A program made the translations under genes and the position numbers. From assembly GCF_018977255.1 (NCBI RefSeq), contig NW_024704743.1:27592001-27656000 (forward strand): 64,000 nt of DNA. The letters are read 5' to 3'. The notes beneath the pieces were generated by a model that saw nothing but the letters and a program-made list of their open reading frames with translations, was not told the DNA's origin and searched no databases. The stretch is from Callorhinchus milii. Taxonomy: Eukaryota. Of this stretch, positions 13,143 to 25,020 are shown piece by piece. The first letter of the stretch is position 1. Each line of letters opens with the position of its first letter.

Positions 13143-14809
13143 TAATATAGATATAATAACTTTCAAAGGCCAGTGCTACCTCAGAATACCTGGAGAATCA
13201 GCCTAATCTATGTGTTCAGTTTTCAACATAGGGTTGAACCGGCAACCTTCAAACGCAGAGGCAAGAGTGTTTCCAATTGAGTCAAGCAAAAAAGGCAAAG
13301 TCACCAGGGAAGGAGAAGCTTTCCTTGGAGTAAAAGGCTTAACACCAAGCTACATTATGTTTTTCCTCAAATAGGCTCAGAATCAGGCGATGAAGGCAAT
13401 ACCGATGTTAATCTTGGCATCAATAGAAAGCAGTTGAACAAGGTTTCCTCTATTATAAAAGATTTTCTGGTGCAATTAATTCACAATCTGAGATCTTCAT
13501 CCTGCTGACTTGTGCACTGTAGCTTTGTATTGAGAATCCTGAGACAGAATTGATTCTGGATTACATCCAGTCCAATTTTCCAGTCAGTAGCAATCACAGT
13601 TGGACTGCAGGCTTAGTTGAGACCATCCAATTCTAAGAAACATGCAGTAGCTACAGACGCACAATACAGTGGGCTCAGTTCCATAAAGGGAGCTTAGCTC
13701 TAAATTGTAGGTAAGCAGTAATTCTTTGCACAATCATTATTACATAATTTAATTTGTTTGTTTTTTCATTCCATTTGCTTCTGGTTAGGTACCTTTGGCG
13801 GTTTTTGGTGTCTGGGGAGTTTACTGTTAATAACTTCCTGCAGATATTGCGAATTTCATGGCAATTAATTGCAGCTTTACCCAAAGATACATTACCAAGA
13901 TCTTACCTATTACAGACATTCAAATATACAGATCAGCTCAAATTGAGGAATATTTGCAACTGGCCATTACCATTTGTGGCTATGCAAGAACAGATGGCAA
14001 TATTATTTATGGTATACTTTATTTTTCTACTTACTCTGCATTTATGTTATCCACTTCCATTAAAACACCTAAAACACAATCCTTGGGAACTATCCTTGCT
14101 TTTATCAACAATTCAAAAGGTCACTGTACTTTACAGTATATTCCTGGGAAATGTTTTGAGTCTTCCTCCTGACGTGAGATGTCCTGATGTGAAATGCGCT
14201 ATATCAAATGTAAGGATTATTATTATTATTAAAGGTTTCTGGTTGTTATGAGGAGGTGAAGCTCTCTGGGTCGCTACCCCACGTGAAGCGCACTATATAA
14301 ATGCATGTTGTTGTGAAAAACCTGATGTTTCATAATAGATTAGATAACTATTTAATTTGATATTGAGTTTGAGCAGACAGCCCAGCAGGGTGAGCTGGGA
14401 ACAAAGTGAACAGGAATTTGGTGAGACTCGTTAATGTAAACAGTAACTAGTGCATCCTGCATTGTACAACCAACATTATTCAGCAGTATTCTTTATAAAA
14501 GTAAGTTGAGATAAAATTATCCTGTATTATAAAACTACTACCATTTGCATGCCATTATCAGCACGTAAGAGTTCTGCATGAAACCCAGCTTCCCAGAACA
14601 GCTGTCTCTGAGATTGCAGTGAAGCTTAGCCACTTTCATGTGGCAGTGACAATTGTCCCCTTTCTTGATCTTTAAATTAGAGTCTCCATAGCCATAAATT
14701 AAACTCTGATCATGACCAGATATCAATATTTGTAAAATCAGCCTTCAACACTTTTCATCACATTATCCTTCTCTACCATCTCTACTATGTCTGTCCTCTT
14801 CTGGTTTTA

Positions 14810-15055
14810 CTGTTAGTTATCCCAACATCTCCCCTATGTCTCTTCAAATAGCTTACACCGCACCCCCGCACTGTCACATTCAGAGTTACTTAGGATTCTA
14901 TGCTTGGTCCTCTCCTATTTAATATCTAGATTTATATATGCAGATATAGGGTTAACTTCTATTTGTATGCGAATCACACCCAACCCCGTCTATCTGCCTA
15001 CATCTTCAATTCCAGGACAACTGCTGACCTGACCAATTGCCTGTTGTATATTAAA
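14810..15055 (+). mobile_element. Old L2 RT fragment
   Basis: CTTGGTCCTCTCCTATTTAATATCTA and AACTTCTATTTGTATGCGAATCACACCCAA resemble the LGPLLFNIY and YADDTQ regions of the L2 copies here. Confidence 0.55.
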
Positions 15056-15320
15056 ACAACAACGATGACTTGCACTTATATAGCGACCTCCACGTAGGGT
15101 AATGTCTCAGAGTGTTTAACAGTAGTGGAGCCTGACTCTGAGCAGGGGTGGGGGGGCGCGGGGAGATGGCCGTAAGCACGGTCGAATAAGAAGGCCTTCA
15201 GGTGGGACTTGAAAAAGGGAAGAGAGGGGGTAAGGCAAAGGGTTTGAGGGAGAATGTTCCAGAGTTTTGGAGTGTAGTGGCTGAAAGCGCTGAAAGTGGC
15301 TGATAGTTCCTGACTGGTGA
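15056..15320 (-). mobile_element. L2 LINE 3' end
   Basis: ORF 15076..15342 AFSHYTPKLWNILP...FKSHLKAFLFDRAY plus terminal stem-loop and tail. Confidence 0.85.
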
Positions 15321-15651
15321 TAATTAATGAGAGGTGTATCATAATGAAATATTACAAATTTCACCCCAATATCCTGACACAATGCTTGCACATAACAAAT
15401 GTATGATCATAGTAGACATCATCATGAGTGATTATCATTTGATTTGATATTACAGTACAATACTGCAATAAATACAGTGCAGCAATATTAATCGTACACA
15501 TAGCCAGTAAAACAATATATTGGATGAAATGTTAAACAAATACATTCTGCTCTTTCAGTACGGAGTTGCTTTACATGGCAAATGCTATCTTGTACCTAAA
15601 GCCATTCTTTCCAATTTTATATTGAGAGACTAATATTGTACCAGAATTTAA

Positions 15652-16122
15652 TGTCGTAGTTATCTAAATAAGATCGCTCCACAAGAAGCCTGCACTGTTA
15701 CTGAAGGGAGGACAAGGAGCTTGGGTGGTATAAAAGCTGTCACCGAACCCGCCTCTCTTCCAGTCTCTTCCTCTAGGACTGGTGGAGGAAGTCTCAGGGA
15801 GAACAGGGGAATCCTAAGGCTTGGCCTGGTGCAGTGAAGGCTTGCCCTGGTGCAGCTGTTGAACATAGAGCCTGAAAGACTATCAATGGTGTTAGTGCCT
15901 GAGTGGGGTAGGAATCGTGAGTAAAAGCAAAAAATAGAGGGGTTGCAAGACCCAGAACTTAAAGCCAGGTGCCTCCGAACCTCTGAATATGATAGACGTG
16001 GGAGGCTATTGAGGTTTATCCTCCCGTGTTAATAAACCATGATTTATGAACCAAAGTTTTTTCTCCATGTTAGTTTGATATCTGTTTGGCTTTGTTAGTC
16101 TATGGCCTTGGTTAAAGTATGG
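15652..16122 (+). mobile_element. Probable solo LTR interrupted near its 3' end by a CR1
   Basis: Starts TGTCG; TATAAAA at 15729; AATAAA at 16031 then T-rich segment; putative end ATGGCAACA resumes at 17185-17193; no TSD found. Confidence 0.45.
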
Positions 16123-17184
16123 AAATAGAGAGTAGGGATAAACAGGTCCTTCTCAGATTGGCAGGATGTGACTAGTGGAGTGCCACAAGGATCAGTGCTT
16201 GGGCCTCAATTATTTACAGTCTATATCAATGATTTAGATGAGGAAATAGAACTTAATATATCTAAACTCGCAAACAATACGAAGATAGGTGGGAGAGTAA
16301 GCTGTGAGGATGACCCACAAAGAATGCAAAGGGAAATAGACAAGGCTAGGTGAGTGGGCAAGAAGATGGCAGATGGAGTATTACATGGGGAAGTGTGAAG
16401 TTATTAACCTAGGTAGTAAAAATAGAAAAGCAGATTATTTTCTAGAGGGGGAGAGACTAAGTAGTGTTATTGTTCAGAGGGATTTGGGTATCTTTGTACA
16501 CCAGATGCAAAAAGGTTAGTATGCAGGTACAGCAAGGAACTAGGAAGGCTAATGCCATGTTGGCGTTTGTTGCAAAAGGGTTAGAGTACAAGAGTAGGGA
16601 AGTCTTGTTGCAGTTGTATAAGGCCTTGGTGAGACCGCACCTAGAATATTGTGTGCAGTTTTGGTCTCCTTATTTAAGAAAGAACATACTTGCCTTAGAG
16701 GGGTGCAGCGTAGATTCACTAGGTTGGTTCCTGGGATGAAGGGGTTGATCTATGAGGTTGACCTATGATAGGTTGAGTAAACTAGGCCTACATTCTCTAG
16801 AATATAGAAGAATTTTATCAGATTCTTAAGGGTCTTGACAGGGTAAATGCCGTGAGACTGTTTCCCCTGGTTGGAGAAACTAAAACTAGGGATCATAGTC
16901 TCAAGGTTAAGCCTTTTCGAACTGAGTGGAGGAAACATTTCTTCACTCAGAAGGTAGTGAATTTGTGGAATTCTCTACCCCAGAAGGCTGTGGATGCTCA
17001 GCCCTTGAATATATTCAAGACTGAAGTTGATAGATTTCTAAAGGATAGAGGGATTAAGGGATATAGGGATATGGTGGGTAAATGGAATTAGGTTAGAAGA
17101 TCAGCCATGATCTTATTAAATTGCGGGGCAGGCTCGAGGGGCCGAATGGCCTACTCCCATGTCTTACGGTCTTATTGTCTTATG
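16123..17184 (+). mobile_element. CR1 LINE, 5'-truncated, frameshifted RT and 3' UTR
   Basis: [59 protein letters not shown]-type tandem tail. Confidence 0.95.
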
Positions 17185-17599
17185 ATGGCAACAACGACCT
17201 GAATAAACTGCAATCATTTATCTTCTTACATCACACAACTGAAATCTAGTTAAGCTGATTCTTACGCGATCAATACAAGTGCATGACACTCTGTATAAAA
17301 TTAGAACTGCATTCTAAGTAGTGCTTGAATTCAGGAAAAATGCAGAATGGGATTTATGAGAACGGATTGTTAAAATAGGAACCACTTAATAAGAACAACA
17401 CTGTCATGAGGAAATGTTTCTTATCAAGCAAACTTTATTGATATTTTGATGGCTGCGCTTTTTCCATTAGTTGAGTAAACTGCCCCAAACAATCCTTTTC
17501 TTAAAATACCTAGATTGTATTCAAATTCCAACCTGTTAATCTTGATATTTCCTCTTCTTTTAATCAAACAATTTTGCAGAATATTAATAGCTTTATAAC

Positions 17600-17680
17600 A
17601 AGGTTTCACCCTGCTGGGAATCAAACCCAGTTCTCTCGTTTGCAAGACGAGCGCTCTAACTACTGAGCTACTAGATCCTC
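17600..17680 (-). mobile_element. Isolated tRNA-derived SINE head
   Basis: TAGCTCAGTAGTTAGAGCGCTCGTCTTGCAAACGAG...GGTTTGATTCCCAGCAGGGTGAAACC on minus strand. Confidence 0.8.
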
Positions 17681-17689
17681 TCACTTGTA

Positions 17690-18055
17690 TTCAAATCCTT
17701 TCATTCCCTCACACCTCCCTATATATCCGACTTGCTTAAACCCTACCATGCGCAGCCTCCTCTTAGCTGGCTCCGGCCTCCTGTTTCTCCCTCGTGCCCT
17801 CCGTTCCACCATCAGTGGCCATACCTTCAACCACAACACCCTGAAATTCTAGATCTCTCTCCCTCAATCGTTCCTCCTTGCCCCCTCACCTCCCAGCTTC
17901 AAATCCCACCTAAAGACCTTTCTTTTTTGATTGTGCTTACGGTCAGCTTCCCTCTCCTTCTTCCCCTGGCTCGGTATCAGAGTCTGCCACTTTCAAGCGC
18001 TCCAGGATGCTACCCCACTTGAAGGGGGCGCGGTATAAATGCAAGTTGTTGTTGC
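17690..18055 (+). mobile_element. L2 LINE 3' end
   Basis: Colinear with other L2 3' ends; terminal TATAAATGCAAGTTGTTGTTG. Confidence 0.8.
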
Positions 18056-19146
18056 GGTGGAGAAGAGTCAACATTTTGTCATTGACCCAATGATCCAACA
18101 CCTAGCTACAAATGTGCACAATATGGCCAGCCTGCCTGCCCTTACTGATAACCCTGCAAATCAAAACTCTACTGGGCAGAGTGGTCCTACATGGACAAAA
18201 AAAATGGATGTTCAATCGACATAGGTCAGTTTACGTTTCAGCAGGGAAACACTCTACCTATTGCACTCGAGTACTGACAAACAGAAATTCTGCTTCTGTT
18301 TGTTTACCGGAAGTAGATGGAGATTTGCATGTGTCAGACTGCTGGCTGACCATAAAAAATCTGTCTATTCAGATAAAGTTTTGCCGATTGTTTTGATTGT
18401 GTCAAACTTCTACTCAGTGTATATGGAATGATAAAGTAACTGTTTTCTTAACGTTTTCCTCAGTGAATTTTCTGCTCATCAAAGTGATGGATGTTCATGC
18501 TGGGAAATGGAACATTTTCCCATTTCATCATTCAGTGTCAGCACAAAGCATTCATTGATCAGATAACTTATAGCTAGACACAAAGTAAAACTATTCTCTA
18601 CTTTAATTATGTCTTTTAACCCTAACCTCATAAAAACATCCCTCTTCTGCATCAGTATGTGATTTTCCAGTAATTGTACTTTAATGCAATCATATATTCT
18701 CTTTCAGTGCGGTTGACAATTTAGTGAGGGTGTTTAAAATAATGCTGCAACATTTAAGAGAAATTATCATCAGTGTCAGTTATCACTACACATATCGTAC
18801 TCTTCCCCCCAGATTTTATTTATTAGTATATCTTAGAATAAAAATCATTTACTATTTATTTCCAAGTCATTTTTAATTCAGAAGTTGAACTAGGATTCTG
18901 AAGGTTAAGAAAAAACTCATTAAAAATTAAAAGTACTGGGGTAAAATTTACAATTTTCTTTAATGCATTCTTTAATCTAACACTGGCATTAACACTTAAC
19001 ACTGAAATATGTTGAGAAATGCTGTTAAGTGATAATTATGACACTAGGAATGTGACTCCTAGCTCACAGTGAACATGTTGTAAATATTCTGTCTGGCAAC
19101 TGGTCTCCAGGTCCTATCTGCCAATTCAAATGGATGTCAAAGATCC

Positions 19147-19480
19147 CAACAACAGCAACAACAAATGACACTTGTACAGCACCCTTCACTTCGGAAAGAC
19201 GTCCCAGGGCGCTGGAGAGTAGGGGTTTTTGGACCCGAGCTGGGAGTTGGGGTTATTAGAGATGGATGTGGGAAAGTGGCAGAAGAATCGAAGAGGCAGG
19301 TCTTCAGACAGAACTTGAAGGAGGCAAGAGAGGGGGTGAGGCAGAGGGATTGCGGGCTAGAGTTCGAGAGCATGGGGGCAAAGATGCTGAATGCCCGACC
19401 ACCAATGGTGGAGTGTACAGGAACTGTGGGGGACCTGAAGCAGGCTGGTGTCTGTTGAGCGGAGGGAGCAGACAGGCTGA
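19147..19480 (-). mobile_element. L2 LINE 3' end
   Basis: SLASFKFCLKTCLFD (ORF 19137..19373), stem-loop and TTG tail. Confidence 0.8.
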
Positions 19481-19749
19481 TATGGAGTTAGTATATCCCA
19501 CAGCATTATTCAAAAAGATAAGGAAGTTTCTCCTGGTGTCCTGGCCAACAATACTCCAAACAATATGGATCATTCACTTCACTCTGTTTGTGGGACATTA
19601 TGATGTGCAATTTGTCTGCTGTTTTCACCTACAAGATTTATACCCATTCCTTTTCAAATTATCAGTAAAATTAGTTAAATCCCTTAATTCCAAATGATAG
19701 GGCTACGATAAAGGAACTTAAAGGAAAAGGAACATAAAGGAATTTGCAA

Positions 19750-19990
19750 AACGAAGGCAAATTTCTTATTCCACACATCTGTTTACCTAGCAGTAAATAG
19801 GTACCTGTTTGTTAGTCGATTGGCTTTCCCGAGGATAATAATCCCTTCAAAAAAAATCAAAAAAAATTTGAGGAATACCACAATTTGTTTTCCAGTAACC
19901 TCCTGTATTTATCAAACTTCTGTGAAGCACTTTTAGGCATCTCAAAGACTTGATAAGGTGCTATATCAAATGCAAGGATTATTATTATTA
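19750..19990 (+). mobile_element. tRNA-derived SINE, headless, rearranged
   Basis: CTGTTTACCTAGCAGTAAATAGGTACC central module and AAATGCAAGGATTATTATT tail. Confidence 0.75.
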
Positions 19991-22900
19991 GTATCCAACG
20001 ATGCCCAACAGTGCCTATTACTTATCATGTACAGTGTTGTGATGCTGGATTAATTCCACTGGTATGGGAGTCAGTAACTACAGCGCAAAAATGTAAGATG
20101 ATCATAAAAATAAATACAATACACACATTTATACCATGCCTTTCATATCAGGAGGATGTCTCAAAGCGCTTCACACTGCTGGCTGGGCACCCGAACTGGG
20201 ACTGATTGCTGAAGAAGGTGGGGAAGGGTAAAATGACCTGCCAAAGAAGCAAGTGGATTGTGAGATTATGGCATTATCACAGTTGAGGCAGAGTCCATAA
20301 AGTATCTTAAAAGGGAATTAAAGGGATCGTTGAAGAGGAGGAAGATTAAAGGATGGGGAGCAAACAGGACCACAGATGTTACTGGCTCACATGCAGGGAG
20401 AAAACTCCAATGCAGACTTAATGGGTCGAGTAGTCCGTGTCGATACTGTAACATTCGATGATACTTTGATTCTTCCAATATTTGCTCATAGATCATTTGA
20501 CAAGAGGATTATGGACTGTGTTCAAATGTTTTCTTGAGGTTCAGTGACACCCTCAATCATTCAGGATCTTCTCCAATAAAGTCCAGTAAATATAGACAAA
20601 GTTTGCCTTTGACTCCTGCTATTATATGGATTTCACCGGAATTTATTGATTTTACTAAAAGGCGTATTTTGAACTCTTTTGTACTCGAAGGCCAGCAACT
20701 TCAGTCATTTTCACATTATGCCACATCTGTTTTATTACAGGAGTGAAAATATAGTTGTAATTCATTGAGTCATTGTGAGGGGCTTTAGACTATCATGATA
20801 TTTGACAGAAATCCTTAACGGCACTCAATCAAAGACTGAACGACTGAGGGGATAGTTGCCTATTCTTTAAACGTACTTGAGCACTCACAGAAATGTGTTA
20901 ACCTCCCTCTCGGAGGTTTAATAAGGTTAAGTGGCTGTGCCCTTATGAGTCTCTTAATGAATATTATGTTTCCTTGTCACGTGCTTGATAAATTTGATTG
21001 CAAAAATGAATTAGTCTTCAATTCAACTTATGAGTCTATTTCAAAAGCAAATGTTTGTACTCCTCAGGAAGAATGAAACCAACTTTGACACCTTTCTCTG
21101 AATGGAGTGATACAGTCAATTCACTTGATAGGATAACCTGTGAAGCGCTTTGAGATGTCTCGAAGACATGATAAGGCATTGTATGAAATACAAGGATTAT
21201 TATTATACAGAATCAGGGCAGAACGCATGTGCTTACAATGTACAAAACTAGCAATAGCAGGAAGATGTGTTAAAGCAATTCCAATGCGAGCAGGAGCCCG
21301 AATGGGAAGGAGTGGGTGGAGGGGGGGGTGGGCGAGTGGCTGGAAGGGGGGTGGGCTGGTGGGTGGTGAGCTGAGAAAGCTGAGAGGAGGAGAATGACAG
21401 TCTAAAGGAAAGGTGTTATAGTGGGTTTCAGAGTTGGGGAGGGAAGGGTCAAGGATGGAGATCCAGAGAACTGGCCCAGAATGGGTGAATGCTCATCTAC
21501 AGATGGTTGGGTAGGTCAGCAGAGTACATGAAGCATATTGATGTTTGCTGAATGGAAGCAGCGACTCAGGTCGAGGGAATTAAACATGAGGACAAGGACC
21601 TCTCCATTCTCTTACTGAAGTCAGAAATGTGTTCTGTGATGTGCTCGATGATAATTATCACATTACGTACTCGATATTTCACCCAAAGATGAATGAGCAA
21701 AGAACAGTATTTAGCGGATATTTTGGTGCAAAGGTAAATTGAGATTGTGATTCAGGTTAAGTTGAGATCCTGGCTCAAATACCTTCTCTAATAATATGTA
21801 TTGATTTCTGATGCTTATTGATTTAGTTGCTCTTCTGTTCTGGAATGTTATAGTTCTTTTCAGAAAGTGACCGCAGATGTCATACCTCCCCTCTTCGTGA
21901 TTTAACACAATGATTGGGTCAGAAGCTGGTACCAAGATTTCCGTGCCTCCATCTGGTAGTATCTCTGGCTGTTTCACATGACACTGATCGGGTTAAGCTC
22001 TCCAATCAAGAACCATCAATCACTCATTGAATTAAGTTAGTAGCTCGTGAAGTGGCACTGAAATGTCACACAGCATGAGCAACAATATCAATAGTGGTCT
22101 CAGGAGACTTTGTGACTAACAATATTTGTCCAGTTGTAGAAGGTCTGAGGCCAAATTACAGCTTTGGCTAACTCAGTCCCATGAGCCTTCAACTACTGCA
22201 CCCTTATTTTCTGGAACTCTCCCTCCCTCTAGCCCTTGGTTTTGCCCATTCTCTATTTGTCCTTAAATCCTACCTAAAGTCCTCTTCTTTCACTGTGACT
22301 ATAGTCATCTCACTTTCCCCTACTCCATTCCTCGGTATCCTACTCTCTCATTCTGAAGTATTCCGAGACGTTACATAAATGCAAGTTTTTGATGTTGTTA
22401 TACTGTACCAAAAATGTTATTGAAGAGTCGAGTGGGGGGGGGGTTTGTGGAGGATGTAGAGAATTCACGGACTGGTCAATAATTATTGAATTATTTGGCT
22501 GCAATGTTTGGTGAAGCAATTGCATCGCATGGCACATTTTTCATTCGTATGTTTTGAGAGAGCAGCTTGTCACGTTTCTTTTCAAGTCAAAAATGATGAG
22601 CTTTCTGGCCTTTTTCTCAGCATTAAAATGCTTTTCTTTCACCAGAGTTTGAGCTCTATGACTTGAAACCACTTTTGTATTTGGAGTCCCAGGGGTATCT
22701 GTCACTCAAGCTGACTTGCCTCACTTGGGCAAGCTCCACCACGTCTAAGAATGGTGCTAAATGCTGTTCTGTATAAAACAAGGCATGCATCGGGTGAGAT
22801 AGGAGGGTGGTGAAGAGGAACTGACAGAATATGATGTGCCCTGCTCAAACCACAGCTGATTATACACCAACATTTCAAGATGTCTACAGCTCTGCTCACT

Positions 22901-24529
22901 TCTCCTGCTCTGACTGAAGACAGGATGGACAGAATAAGGGAAAGCTACATGTCTGGTGTGCGAAGGATGAATCAGAAAAGAAAAGGATACACAGTATTCA
23001 AAAACAGATTTCTGCTGCTTAGGGAGATAGGAAGCTATTCGGTGTCAGCTTCACTCAGTTGGTAACTCCTGGATACATTTAAACTCCCACATCAGGATCT
23101 GAGTTTCCAGTCTATGTTGACATTTGTGTGAAACTGGGGGAGTGATGTATTGTTAGAGATTCTATTAAGTCAAGGCCTCAATTGGGGTAAGAGCGGGGGA
23201 GTGGGACTAAAGTTAGTAGTTCTTTCAAAGAGCCGGCACAGGTACAATTGACTGAATGGCCTCCTTTTGTGTGTAAAATTCTATGAACTGCCTGTTTGGG
23301 CGGTTGTTAAAACAATTCAAAAAGAGGAGCGAATTTCTCCTGGTGCTCTAGCCAACAATCCTCCAGATATATTGACCACTTACCTCATGGCTCTTGGATG
23401 TAACACTACGTGCATCAAACGCCTCCTGCATTTGCTGACATTCTATCACTATACTTACAGCAATTACCTGTGAAGCACTATCGGAGATACATCAAAAACA
23501 CAGATTATTATTCAATTTTCCTGACTATTATCCTGCTCAAAGCAGTTCCAGTTGTTAATACTTTTATTGACTTTGAAGAAAAAATGCTATTACATTGTTG
23601 CACATTTTTAAACAACATGTATTAATAATTCTCAAGGAACAAACATTCATTTATAAATATACTTATATTATAAATTCATAAAGTTGGAGACTTGTTGATC
23701 CTTAAGGCATAAATCAAGTCATGAATTCTTATTAGTCGGAATCATGCTTCCCATTCAGAGCTACAGAAAACTGCATTTAGAGCTCATGTGAGGTGCTGCA
23801 TTTTACAGAATGTCAGAGTGACTGAGGTTTTGATCCAGGCAATTTACAGATGGTTCATTCAAATCAATTTATTGTGCATCAGCAGGTGGAAGCGTTTATT
23901 CCACTATAACGTCCAGATCAGAATACACTTTGTTGTCACTTAGAATAGATGTAAATGGAAACAACTCCAAATTGACAGCTGTTTTCAAACAAAGTGCACT
24001 GATTCCAAGCTTGCATTGCATAAAATGTTAGGAATTCCCTAGTGTAACTCTTGTTGGCAGAAAAGTGTTCGGGTTTCAGTAAAACTGACCTCAAAGTTAA
24101 ATTAGAACATTTCAAGAAAATAGTATCCATGACATTGTTATAGTGTAAATATTTTGAAATATTTTCCTTTAAGCTCAGACAAGAAAAGCCTTGAAATAGT
24201 CTATTTTTATCAGCAATATTCTCAGTAAAAGATATTTGTGAGATAGAGCTTTAGTACAACTGTCCTACCAGTTTCAGAGCAGTCAATTATACTTCCAAAT
24301 AATTATAGATTTGTGTGCACATTTAAATAATAAACAACAACACTTGCTCTGGGTGTAGCTTGATGCCTGTTGTCCAAGTTCAGATGTTAAAACAGATTGT
24401 TGTTAGAGGTAAATCATGTGATCCAAAAAATCCAATGGTAAACACCTGGAAGGGTAAAAGCCCAGAGACAGGATTGAGGTTGTGAACCAAGAATAAAGTT
24501 GAAACTTGTTCAAGTTCAGAAAGTGTTGT

Positions 24530-25020
24530 TCATTTTACTTGAGAGGTGTCACAGGGAGAGAGGGGAGGTGACAGTAGGTGTGGTTGAAGAGGAAGGCCTT
24601 TAGGTGCAATCTTAAGATGGACAAAGAGCCCAGGTTAGAGGGAGAGAGGCATTGAGTTCCAGAGTCTCGGAGCGTAGTTGCTGAAAGCATAGTCGCTGAT
24701 GGTGGAGCAATGGGGACGTACAGAAGGCTGGAGTCAACTGAGCTAAGCGGGTTGATGGTGGCGTGAGGAATAAGCAGGTTCAAGAGGTAGGAAAGTGTGA
24801 GGACTTGAAGTATGTTATTGTGAGTATCTAGAAATTGATCCATTCTGTAATAGGGAGCCAGTGGAGCCTGTCAAGGGTTGGGGTGATGGAAGTGTGGAGT
24901 TTGTTATGAGTGAGAATATGCATGGAGGAGTTTGGAATTACTGGAATTTTATGAATGGTAGAGCTAGGGAGAACTGAAAAGAGGACATTGGAAAAATCAA
25001 GTTGGGAGGTGAAGAATGTG
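24530..25020 (-). mobile_element. Old L2 LINE 3' fragment
   Basis: LRLHLKAFLFNHTY in ORF 24535..24843; colinear with 50484-51100. Confidence 0.75.

Noticed and set aside
13754..14251. 165-aa ORF as a single-exon gene
   Set aside because: Non-ATG start, runs into a SINE tail, no recognisable domain
21300..21400. G-quadruplex regulatory element
   Set aside because: The G-rich tract adjoins a decayed minus-strand L2 3' region, and L2 3' UTRs here routinely carry such tracts
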